From: an uncultured Candidatus Saccharibacteria bacterium
Lineage (GTDB): Bacteria > Patescibacteriota > Minisyncoccia > Phycocordibacterales > UBA918
NCBI GenBank assembly: GCA_964350985.1
Contig: CAYGLK010000001.1
Location: forward strand, 292,528-356,527
Reading direction: 5' to 3'
DNA length: 64,000 nucleotides
The position numbers were made by a program, and so were the translations under genes. Below the pieces are notes generated by a model. It did no database searches and was not told the DNA's origin. It saw nothing but the letters and a program-made list of their open reading frames with translations. Position 1 is the stretch's first letter. The number at the start of each line of letters is the position of its first letter. This document shows, one piece after another, positions 39,632 through 50,042 of this stretch.

Positions 39632-40619
39632 ATTCACTGTGGTCTTTCGATTTTCCAACAAAGAACGGTAAATCATGAGCCTCGTGTGGATCATAATCAT
39701 TTGTTTTTTCACCTCTCCTCAATATCAAAACTAAAGCAGCGAAAACTACCGTTAATAATATCATAATTATTAACAAGTAAGTCCAAGGAATGGAGAAGTA
39801 AAAATTTGTATCATAGACAGCAGCTCGGTTTGTTTCACCGTACTCAATAGTCAAAAAAGCCTTATTTCTTCCTAATCTGTCTGTAAAAGGCAGTTTTTCA
39901 GTATAGGTTCTTTGTGTCCCTGGTTCTATTGGACCAAGTGTTGAATCACTTTCAATAGTTAGGTTTGTGAGTTCTTTACCTTTTCCATCGTAAATGACAA
40001 TGTCTCCAACTGGAGTTAGGGGTACATCCCCTGTATTTTCAATAACATAGGTCATTAAACCTTTATCTGGTCCAAAGCTAAAACGGTCAGTTGTAAAAGA
40101 AACTAACCGTAAAAATTCTTCTTGTTTTGATCCGACTTGAATTCTCAGAATAACTCCGCTGCCTTGTCCGTCAATCACACTTTGTTGTGCTATATCTCTA
40201 TTTGATCCTGAAGAAAATCCAACAAAAGCATGATAGAGACCTGGCTTGGCATTTTGATTGATTCGAACAGTCAGCGGTATTTCTTTTTCTTCATTATCAA
40301 CTAGTTCAATCCTGCCTCTAGTAATTTCAAGCCAGCTTGTAACTGTAGAAGTTCTATCAGACATTGAAGGGGTAATGAACTCCTTAATTTCATTTGTATC
40401 TCCTAGTTCTATTTCGTTAACTGACGCATATAAACGTAAATAACGACTTTCATTGTTTTTAAGTTTAATGTCATAGGTAAAAGTGTCTCTCGGTTCAGCT
40501 TCAATATCTATAATAAGTGGTGAGACACTAAAATTTATTGCGAAAGTAAGTTGCGGTAGAGCAACTAATAAACAAAACGTTAGAAAAGTTATGCTTTTGA
40601 ATAATTTTGTTAGTTTCAT
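39594..40619 (-). CDS. membrane-anchored surface protein (signal peptide, two beta-sandwich-like domains, C-terminal TM + basic tail; DUF916/DUF3324-like)
   Basis: 341 aa. Signal peptide ...LTFAINF. C-terminal TM (LLIIMILLTVVFAALVLIL) followed by RRGEK. This architecture resembles CscA-type WxL-locus proteins. Confidence 0.5.
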   Translation of the reverse strand: MKLTKLFKSITFLTFCLLVALPQLTFAINFSVSPLIIDIEAEPRDTFTYDIKLKNNESRYLRLYASVNEIELGDTNEIKEFITPSMSDRTSTVTSWLEITRGRIELVDNEEKEIPLTVRINQNAKPGLYHAFVGFSSGSNRDIAQQSVIDGQGSGVILRIQVGSKQEEFLRLVSFTTDRFSFGPDKGLMTYVIENTGDVPLTPVGDIVIYDGKGKELTNLTIESDSTLGPIEPGTQRTYTEKLPFTDRLGRNKAFLTIEYGETNRAAVYDTNFYFSIPWTYLLIIMILLTVVFAALVLILRRGEKTNDYDPHEAHDLPFFVGKSKDHSEYEHDIDLKKKDS

Positions 40620-40621
40620 AA

Positions 40622-43600
40622 TTAGTATGAAGGAATAGCTAAATAAACAATCTCAGTCTCATAATCACCGGCTGGCTGTAACTGATTTACCCTAATTCTA
40701 TAGACTATATCATATGTATCATTTCCAGGAATTGAGCTGTACATAACCTCAGTTGGGTCTGTCTCCAGTCCAGCATAAGTGTCACTGGCTGCAAACCTGG
40801 TGGAGCCGTCTTTCAGAGTTGGATCAGTCGAATGGTAACCAAAACAACCTGTAGAAGATGCGTTGCAAGCAGCTGACCAACTACTTGGTAATACGTTTGT
40901 GGCAGAGATGGATTGGATGGAATTTCCGTTTGAACTTAATAATTCTTGTCTAGCAAACTTTAATATTTGGTAGCCTTCAGAAGCATTAGTAAGGACATTC
41001 AGTCGATGAGCGGCAATGGACTCACTGTTTATTGTTAGTCTACCAAAATCTATACCTGAAGGACTAGTAGAGACATTGGTCACTACCCCAGCTGTAGTTG
41101 TCCCGGAAGGTAGGCCAGCAAGAGAAAACTCTAGAGAAGGACCTTCCGTTAACAAAGAAGGATATGATGAATCGTTGGCAAAATAAACAGGTGAATCGTT
41201 AGTTGTATCATAAAGTCTAAAGTAATAGACGGCATTAACCCTAGCGGCTACGTGCCTTAGGTAAAAACTATATTCCTGAGTTACTCCAGCAAAATGTGTA
41301 TGAGTTGTTACAGAGTTAGCAATGGTGTTATGGGTACCACAACCAACTCCGACACTAGAAACACAAGTATCTGCATCAGACAATAGTGTCGTTGTTATTA
41401 GTTCATTATCAACTCCTCCACCTTCTGCATAACACCACAAAGATAAATCGGCACAACTGGTGGTGGCTACTACGTCTATTGGATTGGTAAAAGTTACATC
41501 TTCAGAAAATTGTAATTTAAATTTAATGTTATCTCCTTGAGCATTTTTTCTTTCATCCACACTAACTCTTAAGGCTAGCGTATCGTTATTGGCAATATTA
41601 ATTGGTGTTACTTCCTCTGCTCCAAGTGGACTCGACGGAGTCTCATTTTCTAGATCACTATACCAGCGCCAATTTGTAATTAATGGCGTATATCCAGCAG
41701 TTCTAATTTGCGGATAATTGCTATATCCATCAAGTAAAGCTCCATCACTTTTAACAGCCCTGAAACAATAAGTACTTTGTGGATTAGCACCATTTTGCTC
41801 TAGGTACCAATCGTACTCAATAATATCCCCCTCATCTGCAGCGTATGGGTTAATAGCTGATGGATTCTCATGAACTAGTGCTCCTGATCTATTGGCAATA
41901 GAGATTAGTAAATCTCCGCCTGTTGGGGGGTCTAAAGAAAGACTTGTACCGTCCGTTGTTCCAGTTGCGGCAAAACCTCTCCAAATTGAGCCACTACCGG
42001 CCGCGCCCACATCATTCCAGTTTTCAAGACTTACTGCCGAACATGTACCAGGACGAAGAGCGTATTGCAATTTAAAATTTACAAACCCAGCTGGCATGTT
42101 GGCATTATTTATTCTCATAGTCATTCGAACCCGTAAGCGTTCACCAATTCCAAGCGGTTCGTCAGCTGTAGTGATTGGGGAATTTTCTCCAACATCACTT
42201 ATTCCAACTGGCCAAGGATCTGTTGGAGTCAAATCATTATTATCAACATAAAAACGATAATAGTTTTGTCTGATAGCTAAGTCCGCCACAGGCCATTCAA
42301 CTAGTTCAACCCTGTAAGTAAGAACTGACCCAGTGTTACTACGCCATATTTGGTATGTAGAAGTACTGGTTATTGTAAATCCCGCCATTGCTCTTGGATG
42401 AGTATTGTTAGCTCCAGCAGCGTAAACATTAGCTGAAATAGAAGTATTATTTAAAGCATCAAGCGAAGTTGGCAAAACTACAGATAAAGCAAGTGGGCCT
42501 GTACCACCGCTTGTAATTCCATTTGATCGTTGCACATTCATGCCAGATATTCCAGTTTGTATGTTTTCTACTACCCAAGCGACAGATGTTTGCTCAACAG
42601 CAACCGAAGCCCCAGCTGCTAACTCAAAAGAGACAGCGCCGATACTTGAAAGCCAGACCTGGTGTCCAAAGTGAACAACGTTTGTGGTTGCTCCCATTCT
42701 TTTTTGAGCATGAATAAATGTCCGGGCTAGACTATTTACTGGTGTAATTGACTCTGTCTCTGTAACACCTGAAGCAGTATATGAATGCTCTACTCTTTGC
42801 ACATTCCAATTAACACCGACAAATTCGACCACTGCGTAACTTACTTCAATAATACTACCGCCTGCGTTCCCTCTTCTAAAGACTGGACTTTTCGTTACTG
42901 GATCCCAAGTTGCTGTTACTTGTCCGGCGTAGTAGTTTCTTGATGCATTACGATTTAAAACACCAGTTACAAATACCACTACCTTACTGTCATCAACGAC
43001 ATTGTTGGCAACCGTTCCAGTTGCGACCACACTTGAGTTAGACACAGTTAAAGTACCGACATCTCTAACCTGCATCTCATTGTCGGTATTTATCTTTCCA
43101 ATAAACTCAATTATCTCCCAGTCTACTCTAGTGTTATTGATAGAAACTCCTGTCCGACCAATAGTGAAGCTAGTACCGATATTTTCTGGATCTTCTATAT
43201 AGGCAGTGACGTCATCAACGTTTTGGGCCGAGGTAACACCAGTATTATGTCCCGCCCCAGTATAGTGAGCATTGGTAATCCTGACGAAAGCCAAACTTGT
43301 ACTAGCTACTGGCGTATACCCAACTCCTGAAACAACCGTTGTCGCTGTACCAGAAACCTGCACTGAACCTCTTTGAATTTTAAAGTCACGTTTAACAGCT
43401 GTACTGATTTCTGCATAATTATTGTAACTATTGAAACTTGTTCCTAATGCTGAAACTCGAAAACAATAACTTGTTCCATACGATGTAAGGTTGGTTGAAG
43501 TGATGCTAAATTCTAGATCGACATAGTCATCAGCTGGTATTGTCGTAGTGGCAGTAAGTGACTCAGTATCTCGTACGCCGCCATTGGCAGTAATAAAACT

Positions 43601-46600
43601 TCCAACTCCATCGGAAACTCCTCCATTAGCTACTATTATATCGGTTGTTGTTTCACCATTTGTTAAAAAAGTTGAATCGGACATGTCCCATCCGTCCGCC
43701 GCAGCATCCACATCGGTCCAAACAGTCGCCATATCACAAGTTGTAATCTTAGGTGAATATTCAAGTCGATATCGTCTTGGTGCGCTTGATATTGCAGCCG
43801 TATTTGTAACACCAATTCTAAGACGAATTTTACTGTTTGGGGTGAAGTCAGTTATAGGTGTGTTTTCAGAACCGCCGGTTGCAGAAGTTGCTGCTGTCTC
43901 AGATCCGTTATCATTGCGCCAATGATAATTAGTTTGTGTTAAGTTGGCTCCAGCAATTGTAGTTGTATCATTAATACTTATTTGCGCAGAAGGTCCGACT
44001 GTCGCCACCCCATCAACAAGAACGTCAGCTGTTGGAGAATTAATAATAATGTCTATGGTTTCATTATTTTGCGCAAATGAAGTAACGTCATAAACGACAT
44101 AAATACAAGCTGTACTGGTTGTAGAAATAGCAACAGTGTCGCTAAATGTGGCACTCTCTCCTGCTCCTGAAAATCCACTAAGCGAAGTGACTCCAAACTG
44201 TGCCTCACCACCTCCATATGATTCACTAGCACAATTGTAAGGAGCTGTGGTATCTAGGTCATAGAATAGTCTTAGGTTTTCTAGACCTACGGCTCCATCA
44301 ACAGTACCTGTTTCGTATATTGTAATATCAGTAATATTTCTTGAGCTAGTATTTTCCAGCACACTAAATCCTCCACCTGAATATACATTTGTGTCAAAAA
44401 CAGATGTAGAGGCAATTTGATTACCAAATGCCTGCACTAGAACATCAGCAGAAATTGTGACGCGTGGTAGTTCGGTATAACTACTAAGCGCAACTCCATT
44501 TTTAACTAATCTAAAACAATATGTTTCTCCTTCAACCGAAGTTGTCGAAGCAACAACAGAAAACTCCGCTTCAAAAAAATCATCGATATCGAGACTCATT
44601 GATCCTGAAGTATTGTTGACGTCTCTAAAAGCAGCATTGGAACTGACAAAATTTGTACCAAAAATATCTGTCACTCCTCCACTACTAGGATTTATATTTG
44701 TCGTATTATTTCCATCCGTAATATTTACTGAATCGCTCAGACTCCAAACAGACGCTGGGTCGCCAACTAGTTCCCAACTTGAAGTATCAGCACAAGTAGG
44801 TGCTGCCACTCCATATTGAAGTGAGAAATTTGTTGGTGGAGTTGTTGTTGAACCCTGGTTTGCCACTCCAATTCTAAGTCTCCTTGGTACATTTTTTTGC
44901 AGCGCTGGGATAGGTGTATTTTCGATGCCAGCAGTAGCAGATGAGGCAGTTATTTCAGTGCCGTTATCTAAGCGCCAATGATAAGCAAACTGGGTTAGGT
45001 TAGGATCAACAATAGTAGTTGTCCCGTCTATAGCTATTTCTGTATCTGGGAAAACATCTGGTCCTCCAGATGTTAGGACATCAAGTTTTGGATTGGCGAC
45101 TGATATTTCTATCGTACTACCATCAAGTGCATTCGGTTCAACATCAAAGACAACATAAACACACATGGATTGAGTACTTGATACTGAAACTGGTGAAGTA
45201 CTAAATGAAGCAACACCGTCACCTCCAGAAAAACCTGACGCTACGACTGTACCGAACTGGGCCTCGCCACCACTATATGATTCACTTGTACAGTCATACG
45301 GGGCTGAGGTATCGAGATCATAAAATAATTTTACATTTTTAATATTATTTTGCGCATCGATGGTGCCTGTTTCGCTAACAACTATTGTTCCAATGCTTTG
45401 ATTACTTCGAGCTTTAACCAGAAAAGATCCGCCAATATATAAATCACTTGATGAAGCCAAAACTTCAGTAACCTGGGTCCCTAGTGAACTTAATTCTACA
45501 TCCGGACCAATATCTGCTAAGGTGTTTCCAAAAATATCACGCACTCCAGCTGTATTATCAAACCAGGTAATATATAGACGTTCTTGGTCCATTAGGTTCA
45601 TATCAATTCCATACATATCACCTGAAACTGAATTTAAAGGTCCTTGTTCACTACCCCAAGTACTCATACTAGTTGTAGACCTAACCCAAAATACATCAGC
45701 TGAACCAACAGTACCTATAACCGCTCTGGCGGTATAACCGACATAGATGTCGCCATTATTTAAATCTCGTCCGATAGCAACTTGTAAAAGTCCTCTGGCA
45801 GGATCATCAGTAATAATGTCAGCTTGAGATGACCAAGAACCTGAACTATATAGACGCGAACGAATATCATGATCAGTTACGGTAAAATTATTATTATCAG
45901 CTACATAAACCAAATAAATATCTCCGTTTGTAATATCAACTGTTGCAGCCATACTGACATCGTAAGTTGTATTACGTGGAGCTGATGCATCTACTGTAGT
46001 AAATGATGACCAGGTTGCTCCACCCCAAATACTAGATCTAATTTGATTTGTTGAACTACGATTTATAAGCATCACATTTCCACTTAGTAGAGGTACAAGT
46101 AGACTCCAGGTATTAACGTTACCTTGTGGTGGAGTGCCAACGTCACTCCAGCTCGTAGACAGATCACAACTTGATGAACATGATCGTATATAGGTTCCAT
46201 TACTATCGTCGATGGTCATATAAATTGCACCATCTGTTGCTTTAGTAACGCTGATCACATTTGCGCCTACAGAATAAGCAGTAACTAACCCAGGCATAGT
46301 ACTTGTTGAAGTAGTCAATAAGAGTGAGTCATCTGTTGTGTCCATCCGGTTGTAAAACATTTCGTCTGCGCCAGTATCAAAAGTTGCAATATGAATCATG
46401 CTTCCTGTGTCACCAGGAGTCCATTGATCGTACCAAACAGAGACATCTGCACAGTCGGTTTGACTATCTACCGCAACCTGACTACCCCAAGTGTCTCCAC
46501 CGTCTGTAGTTTTCCGGTAGACACAACGACCGTTGTCAGGAGATGCTCCATAGCGATGAAATTTATAGCCTACCTGATCACTTACAAAGACAACACTAGA

Positions 46601-46792
46601 CCCAGCTTTGTTGTGCGTAACTGCTGTTGTATTTGGAGATGGCTCAAGGGTAACTACTGCCGCTTCAGCTTTTTCAATAAATAAATTTGATAATCCAATA
46701 AAAATAATACTGGTATCAGACAAAAACAACGCCAATATAACTAGTGACACTAAAAACTTTTTGATACCAAAAAATAAGCCTCGGAATTTCAT
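40622..46792 (-). CDS. giant (2056 aa) secreted surface protein: N-terminal BNR/Asp-box propeller-like region, two ~350-aa tandem repeats, divergent WxL-like C-terminal domain
   Basis: N-terminal signal or TM. Asp-box TTDGGDTWG. Duplicated blocks (LFYDLDT[ST]APY[DN]C[TA]SESY[SG]GGEAQFG and YHWR[LN]DNG[TS]E, each twice). Recurring YCFR motifs. C-terminal ...LNVLTNASEGYQIL...AGDYETEIVYLAIPSY. Confidence 0.7.
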   Translation of the reverse strand: MKFRGLFFGIKKFLVSLVILALFLSDTSIIFIGLSNLFIEKAEAAVVTLEPSPNTTAVTHNKAGSSVVFVSDQVGYKFHRYGASPDNGRCVYRKTTDGGDTWGSQVAVDSQTDCADVSVWYDQWTPGDTGSMIHIATFDTGADEMFYNRMDTTDDSLLLTTSTSTMPGLVTAYSVGANVISVTKATDGAIYMTIDDSNGTYIRSCSSSCDLSTSWSDVGTPPQGNVNTWSLLVPLLSGNVMLINRSSTNQIRSSIWGGATWSSFTTVDASAPRNTTYDVSMAATVDITNGDIYLVYVADNNNFTVTDHDIRSRLYSSGSWSSQADIITDDPARGLLQVAIGRDLNNGDIYVGYTARAVIGTVGSADVFWVRSTTSMSTWGSEQGPLNSVSGDMYGIDMNLMDQERLYITWFDNTAGVRDIFGNTLADIGPDVELSSLGTQVTEVLASSSDLYIGGSFLVKARSNQSIGTIVVSETGTIDAQNNIKNVKLFYDLDTSAPYDCTSESYSGGEAQFGTVVASGFSGGDGVASFSTSPVSVSSTQSMCVYVVFDVEPNALDGSTIEISVANPKLDVLTSGGPDVFPDTEIAIDGTTTIVDPNLTQFAYHWRLDNGTEITASSATAGIENTPIPALQKNVPRRLRIGVANQGSTTTPPTNFSLQYGVAAPTCADTSSWELVGDPASVWSLSDSVNITDGNNTTNINPSSGGVTDIFGTNFVSSNAAFRDVNNTSGSMSLDIDDFFEAEFSVVASTTSVEGETYCFRLVKNGVALSSYTELPRVTISADVLVQAFGNQIASTSVFDTNVYSGGGFSVLENTSSRNITDITIYETGTVDGAVGLENLRLFYDLDTTAPYNCASESYGGGEAQFGVTSLSGFSGAGESATFSDTVAISTTSTACIYVVYDVTSFAQNNETIDIIINSPTADVLVDGVATVGPSAQISINDTTTIAGANLTQTNYHWRNDNGSETAATSATGGSENTPITDFTPNSKIRLRIGVTNTAAISSAPRRYRLEYSPKITTCDMATVWTDVDAAADGWDMSDSTFLTNGETTTDIIVANGGVSDGVGSFITANGGVRDTESLTATTTIPADDYVDLEFSITSTNLTSYGTSYCFRVSALGTSFNSYNNYAEISTAVKRDFKIQRGSVQVSGTATTVVSGVGYTPVASTSLAFVRITNAHYTGAGHNTGVTSAQNVDDVTAYIEDPENIGTSFTIGRTGVSINNTRVDWEIIEFIGKINTDNEMQVRDVGTLTVSNSSVVATGTVANNVVDDSKVVVFVTGVLNRNASRNYYAGQVTATWDPVTKSPVFRRGNAGGSIIEVSYAVVEFVGVNWNVQRVEHSYTASGVTETESITPVNSLARTFIHAQKRMGATTNVVHFGHQVWLSSIGAVSFELAAGASVAVEQTSVAWVVENIQTGISGMNVQRSNGITSGGTGPLALSVVLPTSLDALNNTSISANVYAAGANNTHPRAMAGFTITSTSTYQIWRSNTGSVLTYRVELVEWPVADLAIRQNYYRFYVDNNDLTPTDPWPVGISDVGENSPITTADEPLGIGERLRVRMTMRINNANMPAGFVNFKLQYALRPGTCSAVSLENWNDVGAAGSGSIWRGFAATGTTDGTSLSLDPPTGGDLLISIANRSGALVHENPSAINPYAADEGDIIEYDWYLEQNGANPQSTYCFRAVKSDGALLDGYSNYPQIRTAGYTPLITNWRWYSDLENETPSSPLGAEEVTPINIANNDTLALRVSVDERKNAQGDNIKFKLQFSEDVTFTNPIDVVATTSCADLSLWCYAEGGGVDNELITTTLLSDADTCVSSVGVGCGTHNTIANSVTTHTHFAGVTQEYSFYLRHVAARVNAVYYFRLYDTTNDSPVYFANDSSYPSLLTEGPSLEFSLAGLPSGTTTAGVVTNVSTSPSGIDFGRLTINSESIAAHRLNVLTNASEGYQILKFARQELLSSNGNSIQSISATNVLPSSWSAACNASSTGCFGYHSTDPTLKDGSTRFAASDTYAGLETDPTEVMYSSIPGNDTYDIVYRIRVNQLQPAGDYETEIVYLAIPSY

Positions 46793-46834
46793 AACCGTTC
46801 CTATTATTGTACACGACTATTTTCTAAAAGTGCC

Positions 46835-48526
46835 TTATTCTTGCACAGATTCGGGGGTTTGTTCAACTGGATCGATCTCAATCTGCGGATCAAGCTTTTC
46901 AATAACAAGATCAAACTCCGCCAGAGTTGTCTCACTCTCCTCAATCGGTGGGTTTTCAAGTAAATCTCCTATTTCTAAAGTTGATGTAGACAGGTCTAAT
47001 GTCAGTGTAGGTGTAGTAGTAGACACAACTAAATTTTCAACAACATTAGGTTCGGGATCACTAATTGATGGAGTGGTTGTGGCTCCGGTTAATTCTTCAA
47101 CTTCTGACTTTAAGCTAGGCTTACTTTGTATCAGTGCTCTAGTTTCGCCAGTAGAATCACTGGTTGGAATATCTTTTGGTAACTCCCGAGGAAGTGTATC
47201 AAGCTCAATAAACCTTTTAGCCAGAACGTCATAACCTTTAGTGACAATATCACCATTAGGAGAAAGTGAATCGTAAACAAAAACCATCCGTGGATTAGAT
47301 ACAGATAAACCATCTGGATCATCGACAGATACGTATGTCTTACTGTCCATATTGTAGATCTCAATTGTCTTATTACCATTCTTATCGTGGCGATTCCAAA
47401 CTACAAGTGAACCGTGTAAATAAGGTGCGACATTATTACCTGTTGTCGTTGTTATTTGATTTTCTTTCTTCCCATCGTAGAGAATGATATTCCAGCCTCC
47501 ATCAACCCAGCGCTGCCAAACAATATAATCACCCTGCTTAGTAGGCTCCATATTATTTGAACTTGTGTTTGTCAGGATTGTTTCTGTCTTTGTATCAATG
47601 TCATAGAGGATAACTTGATAACGATCGTTAATTAGTCTATGCCAGACAATTGTATCGGTATTTTGGTCATAATATGGCGCTGAGTCATCTTCTTTGTTTT
47701 TTGTTATCTGAACTTGAACCCCGTCTCGAACAAAGAATATCTCCAAATCGCCATCTGCATCTGGAGCTGAGAATAGAGCGTCTTCAAGAGCATTGTCTGG
47801 CGACTTAAGACAATAGAATGAACCTGTAGCTAATTGAGTACATTCATCTCTCGTAAATGAAAATGCACTATCACTTTGGGTAATAGAAACAGCTTCGTGC
47901 GTAACCTCAACTGATTCAGCTTCATCAACTACTTCTTCAACAATTTCGTCGACCTCCTCTATCGCCTCCTCATCAACAAGCTCTTGTTCTTCTATTTCTT
48001 CTTCAGAAGTAGTTCCATTAGACTGATCAGCTTCGCTATCTATCTCAATTACATCCTCTAAGGTAGAGGATGAATTATCAAATACAACAGTTGTTGTCGC
48101 ATTTAGATCATTAAATCCATCAGCCTCATCAATAAGTTCATCGGTATCTTCTTGGGACTCCTCTACAATCTCTTCTTCCTCTTCAGCAATAGTGTTTTCA
48201 GTCTCTATAGCTGGCACAACATCAACAATTACATCTTCAGGTGCAATTTCAACAACTGTATTTGAGGTATCGTTACTTACTTCATAATCTGCATAAGCAG
48301 ATTCAACTCCTTGAAGTAAGAAAGATATTAGTATTAAAAAACTAGCACAGAACGAAAAAGTGCTTGAATATACAAATCGGTACAAGAAAACTCCTTGGCT
48401 ACCTTGACTGTTTTGCTCCTCTGCGCAAACAGAAAAACTGTCCAAAGTTCTTTTTTGGTATCTTGTTTTAGTTTTTGTTTGGATTTTCTTACTCATCAGA
48501 CAACAGCCATTTGTAGCGGAGAGCAA
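46835..48526 (-). CDS. secreted protein with acidic linker and TolB-like (PD40) beta-propeller repeats
   Basis: N-terminal TM. Long E/D-rich region. Repeats of the W..DG..I.LYD...K....IT type (IVWHRLINDRYQVILYD, YIVWQRWVDGGWNIILYD, LVVWNRHDKNGNKTIEIYNMD). Confidence 0.5.
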   Translation of the reverse strand: MLSATNGCCLMSKKIQTKTKTRYQKRTLDSFSVCAEEQNSQGSQGVFLYRFVYSSTFSFCASFLILISFLLQGVESAYADYEVSNDTSNTVVEIAPEDVIVDVVPAIETENTIAEEEEEIVEESQEDTDELIDEADGFNDLNATTTVVFDNSSSTLEDVIEIDSEADQSNGTTSEEEIEEQELVDEEAIEEVDEIVEEVVDEAESVEVTHEAVSITQSDSAFSFTRDECTQLATGSFYCLKSPDNALEDALFSAPDADGDLEIFFVRDGVQVQITKNKEDDSAPYYDQNTDTIVWHRLINDRYQVILYDIDTKTETILTNTSSNNMEPTKQGDYIVWQRWVDGGWNIILYDGKKENQITTTTGNNVAPYLHGSLVVWNRHDKNGNKTIEIYNMDSKTYVSVDDPDGLSVSNPRMVFVYDSLSPNGDIVTKGYDVLAKRFIELDTLPRELPKDIPTSDSTGETRALIQSKPSLKSEVEELTGATTTPSISDPEPNVVENLVVSTTTPTLTLDLSTSTLEIGDLLENPPIEESETTLAEFDLVIEKLDPQIEIDPVEQTPESVQE

Positions 48527-48611
48527 TATATCCCATCACTATATAATAATAGCAGTAATTTATAAGAGTTTTTTACTGGTTATCAACACTTAATAGTAGT
48601 ATTTCGAATCT

Positions 48612-49364
48612 CTAATTTAAAAAAGATTTTGCCAAAATTATTGAAAAATCCACAAAATTCATTCGCCCGTCATTATTAAAATCGTAAGTAGTTTCCTGAG
48701 TTCTCCAAGAGGCCATAAAAGCGCTAATATCACTCAAAGTTACCTTTCCGTCACCGTTTATATCAGCGTTAATGACAACTCCTAAACGAGCTTTTAATTC
48801 ACCGGGAGCAGTACTCTGGTCATAGATATAAAAACTTGTCTTTGATTCTGCACCGGTATTTTTTACTGCTACTGGAGTTCCTCTACCGTCACCAGCTAGC
48901 AGATTGGCATTTTTAACCACAAATTCTGTCTGTCCAGTGCTAATAGCTTTAGCTTTTATGGTTGCAATCAAATGTTCTCCAATAAAACCTTTCTGGAAGG
49001 TGCCACCACTAAACTTAATTGAGTCACTAGAAATCACTGGCTCTTGAGTCCAAATAGTAAGTACAGACTGTGCCTTGTCTACACTTATAATTTCAATTGA
49101 ACCAGGAATAAAATCTATAGTTATATCAAGTGCGTTGACTGGTACGTGCGCTGAAGCGTAAACTTGTATATTAAAACGTTCACCTGCCAGCACATTTACC
49201 TGTGAAGGGACAAGTTTGATGTAAGACTTATCAGTAGATACAACTGACGCACCCAATATAGCCAAAGCGCCAAAAAACAAAGGAAACATATAACGAACAT
49301 TGGCTCGTTTATGTATTGGATACAGGTTTTTAATTTTTCTCCACAAAAGAGAGAAATAAATCAT
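48612..49364 (-). CDS. cohesin-domain + dockerin-domain surface protein
   Basis: N-terminal signal. Cohesin-like module (VLAGERFNIQVYASAHVPVNALDITIDFIPGSIEIISVD). C-terminal dockerin with two Ca-binding loops (DINGDGKVTLSDISAFM and DFNNDGRMNFVDFSIIL). Confidence 0.65.
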   Translation of the reverse strand: MIYFSLLWRKIKNLYPIHKRANVRYMFPLFFGALAILGASVVSTDKSYIKLVPSQVNVLAGERFNIQVYASAHVPVNALDITIDFIPGSIEIISVDKAQSVLTIWTQEPVISSDSIKFSGGTFQKGFIGEHLIATIKAKAISTGQTEFVVKNANLLAGDGRGTPVAVKNTGAESKTSFYIYDQSTAPGELKARLGVVINADINGDGKVTLSDISAFMASWRTQETTYDFNNDGRMNFVDFSIILAKSFLN

Positions 49365-49368
49365 AATC

Positions 49369-50022
49369 TTAGATTAATTCAGAACGCAACCTTGAAGCCT
49401 CTGCAGTGGCATTAGTTAATTGTGTTCTTATTACTTCTGCTTCTACTCTAATTTCTTCGACGCTTCTAACATTACTAGAAACTGTACCGAGAAGAGTACT
49501 AATTATCTCATCTTGTGCTCGAACCAACTGAGTAAATAATAGAGCTATCTCATTTTCTTTTTTAGCTAGATCATTCCATTTTACTAGATCAATTTCAGCA
49601 TATTCCTCGTCAGTGATTTGATTTAGAGATTCAACTTTATTTTCAAGTGAAGCAACCTCGTAACCTAGTTTTAAGGACATCACTGACCGACGACTTGAGG
49701 CCCTGTCGCCACAGCGGTCAAAGAGTGATTTTAGCTCAATAAGATCACTGCGAGATAGACCCTTATCTAATGAGGAGAGTAAGGTGTCATACTTAGTAGA
49801 ATCGCCAGAGCTACAGTCAGGAACAATTTCACTAACATCTTCAGACACTGCTCCGCGACCAAGAATAGTAGCGGTTTCTTTTAGAGTGCTAATTTGATTT
49901 TCAATATTAGTTTCAGTGTATTTTTCTAATTCTTTTGTTTTAGTATCAGCGATAGCGCTTGATAAAAAATAAACACAAATGATTCCTAAGAGTAAGCCTG
50001 CGATTCCGTATTTTGTATTCAT
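49369..50022 (-). CDS. hypothetical membrane-anchored coiled-coil protein
   Basis: 217 aa with an N-terminal TM, then helical and charged. Confidence 0.4.
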   Translation of the reverse strand: MNTKYGIAGLLLGIICVYFLSSAIADTKTKELEKYTETNIENQISTLKETATILGRGAVSEDVSEIVPDCSSGDSTKYDTLLSSLDKGLSRSDLIELKSLFDRCGDRASSRRSVMSLKLGYEVASLENKVESLNQITDEEYAEIDLVKWNDLAKKENEIALLFTQLVRAQDEIISTLLGTVSSNVRSVEEIRVEAEVIRTQLTNATAEASRLRSELI

Positions 50023-50042
50023 ATTTATATTTTAAATTAAAC

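Noticed and set aside
41892-46684. Multiple plus-strand ORFs (60-125 aa) within the giant minus-strand gene
   Set aside because: They are antisense shadow ORFs of a Thr/Ser/Gly-rich gene. None has start context or recognisable domains.
46608-47234. Plus-strand 208-aa ORF spanning the junction of two minus-strand genes
   Set aside because: It overlaps the 5' end of the giant gene and the 3' end of the propeller gene on the opposite strand. Its Ser-rich low-complexity translation fits an antisense artefact.
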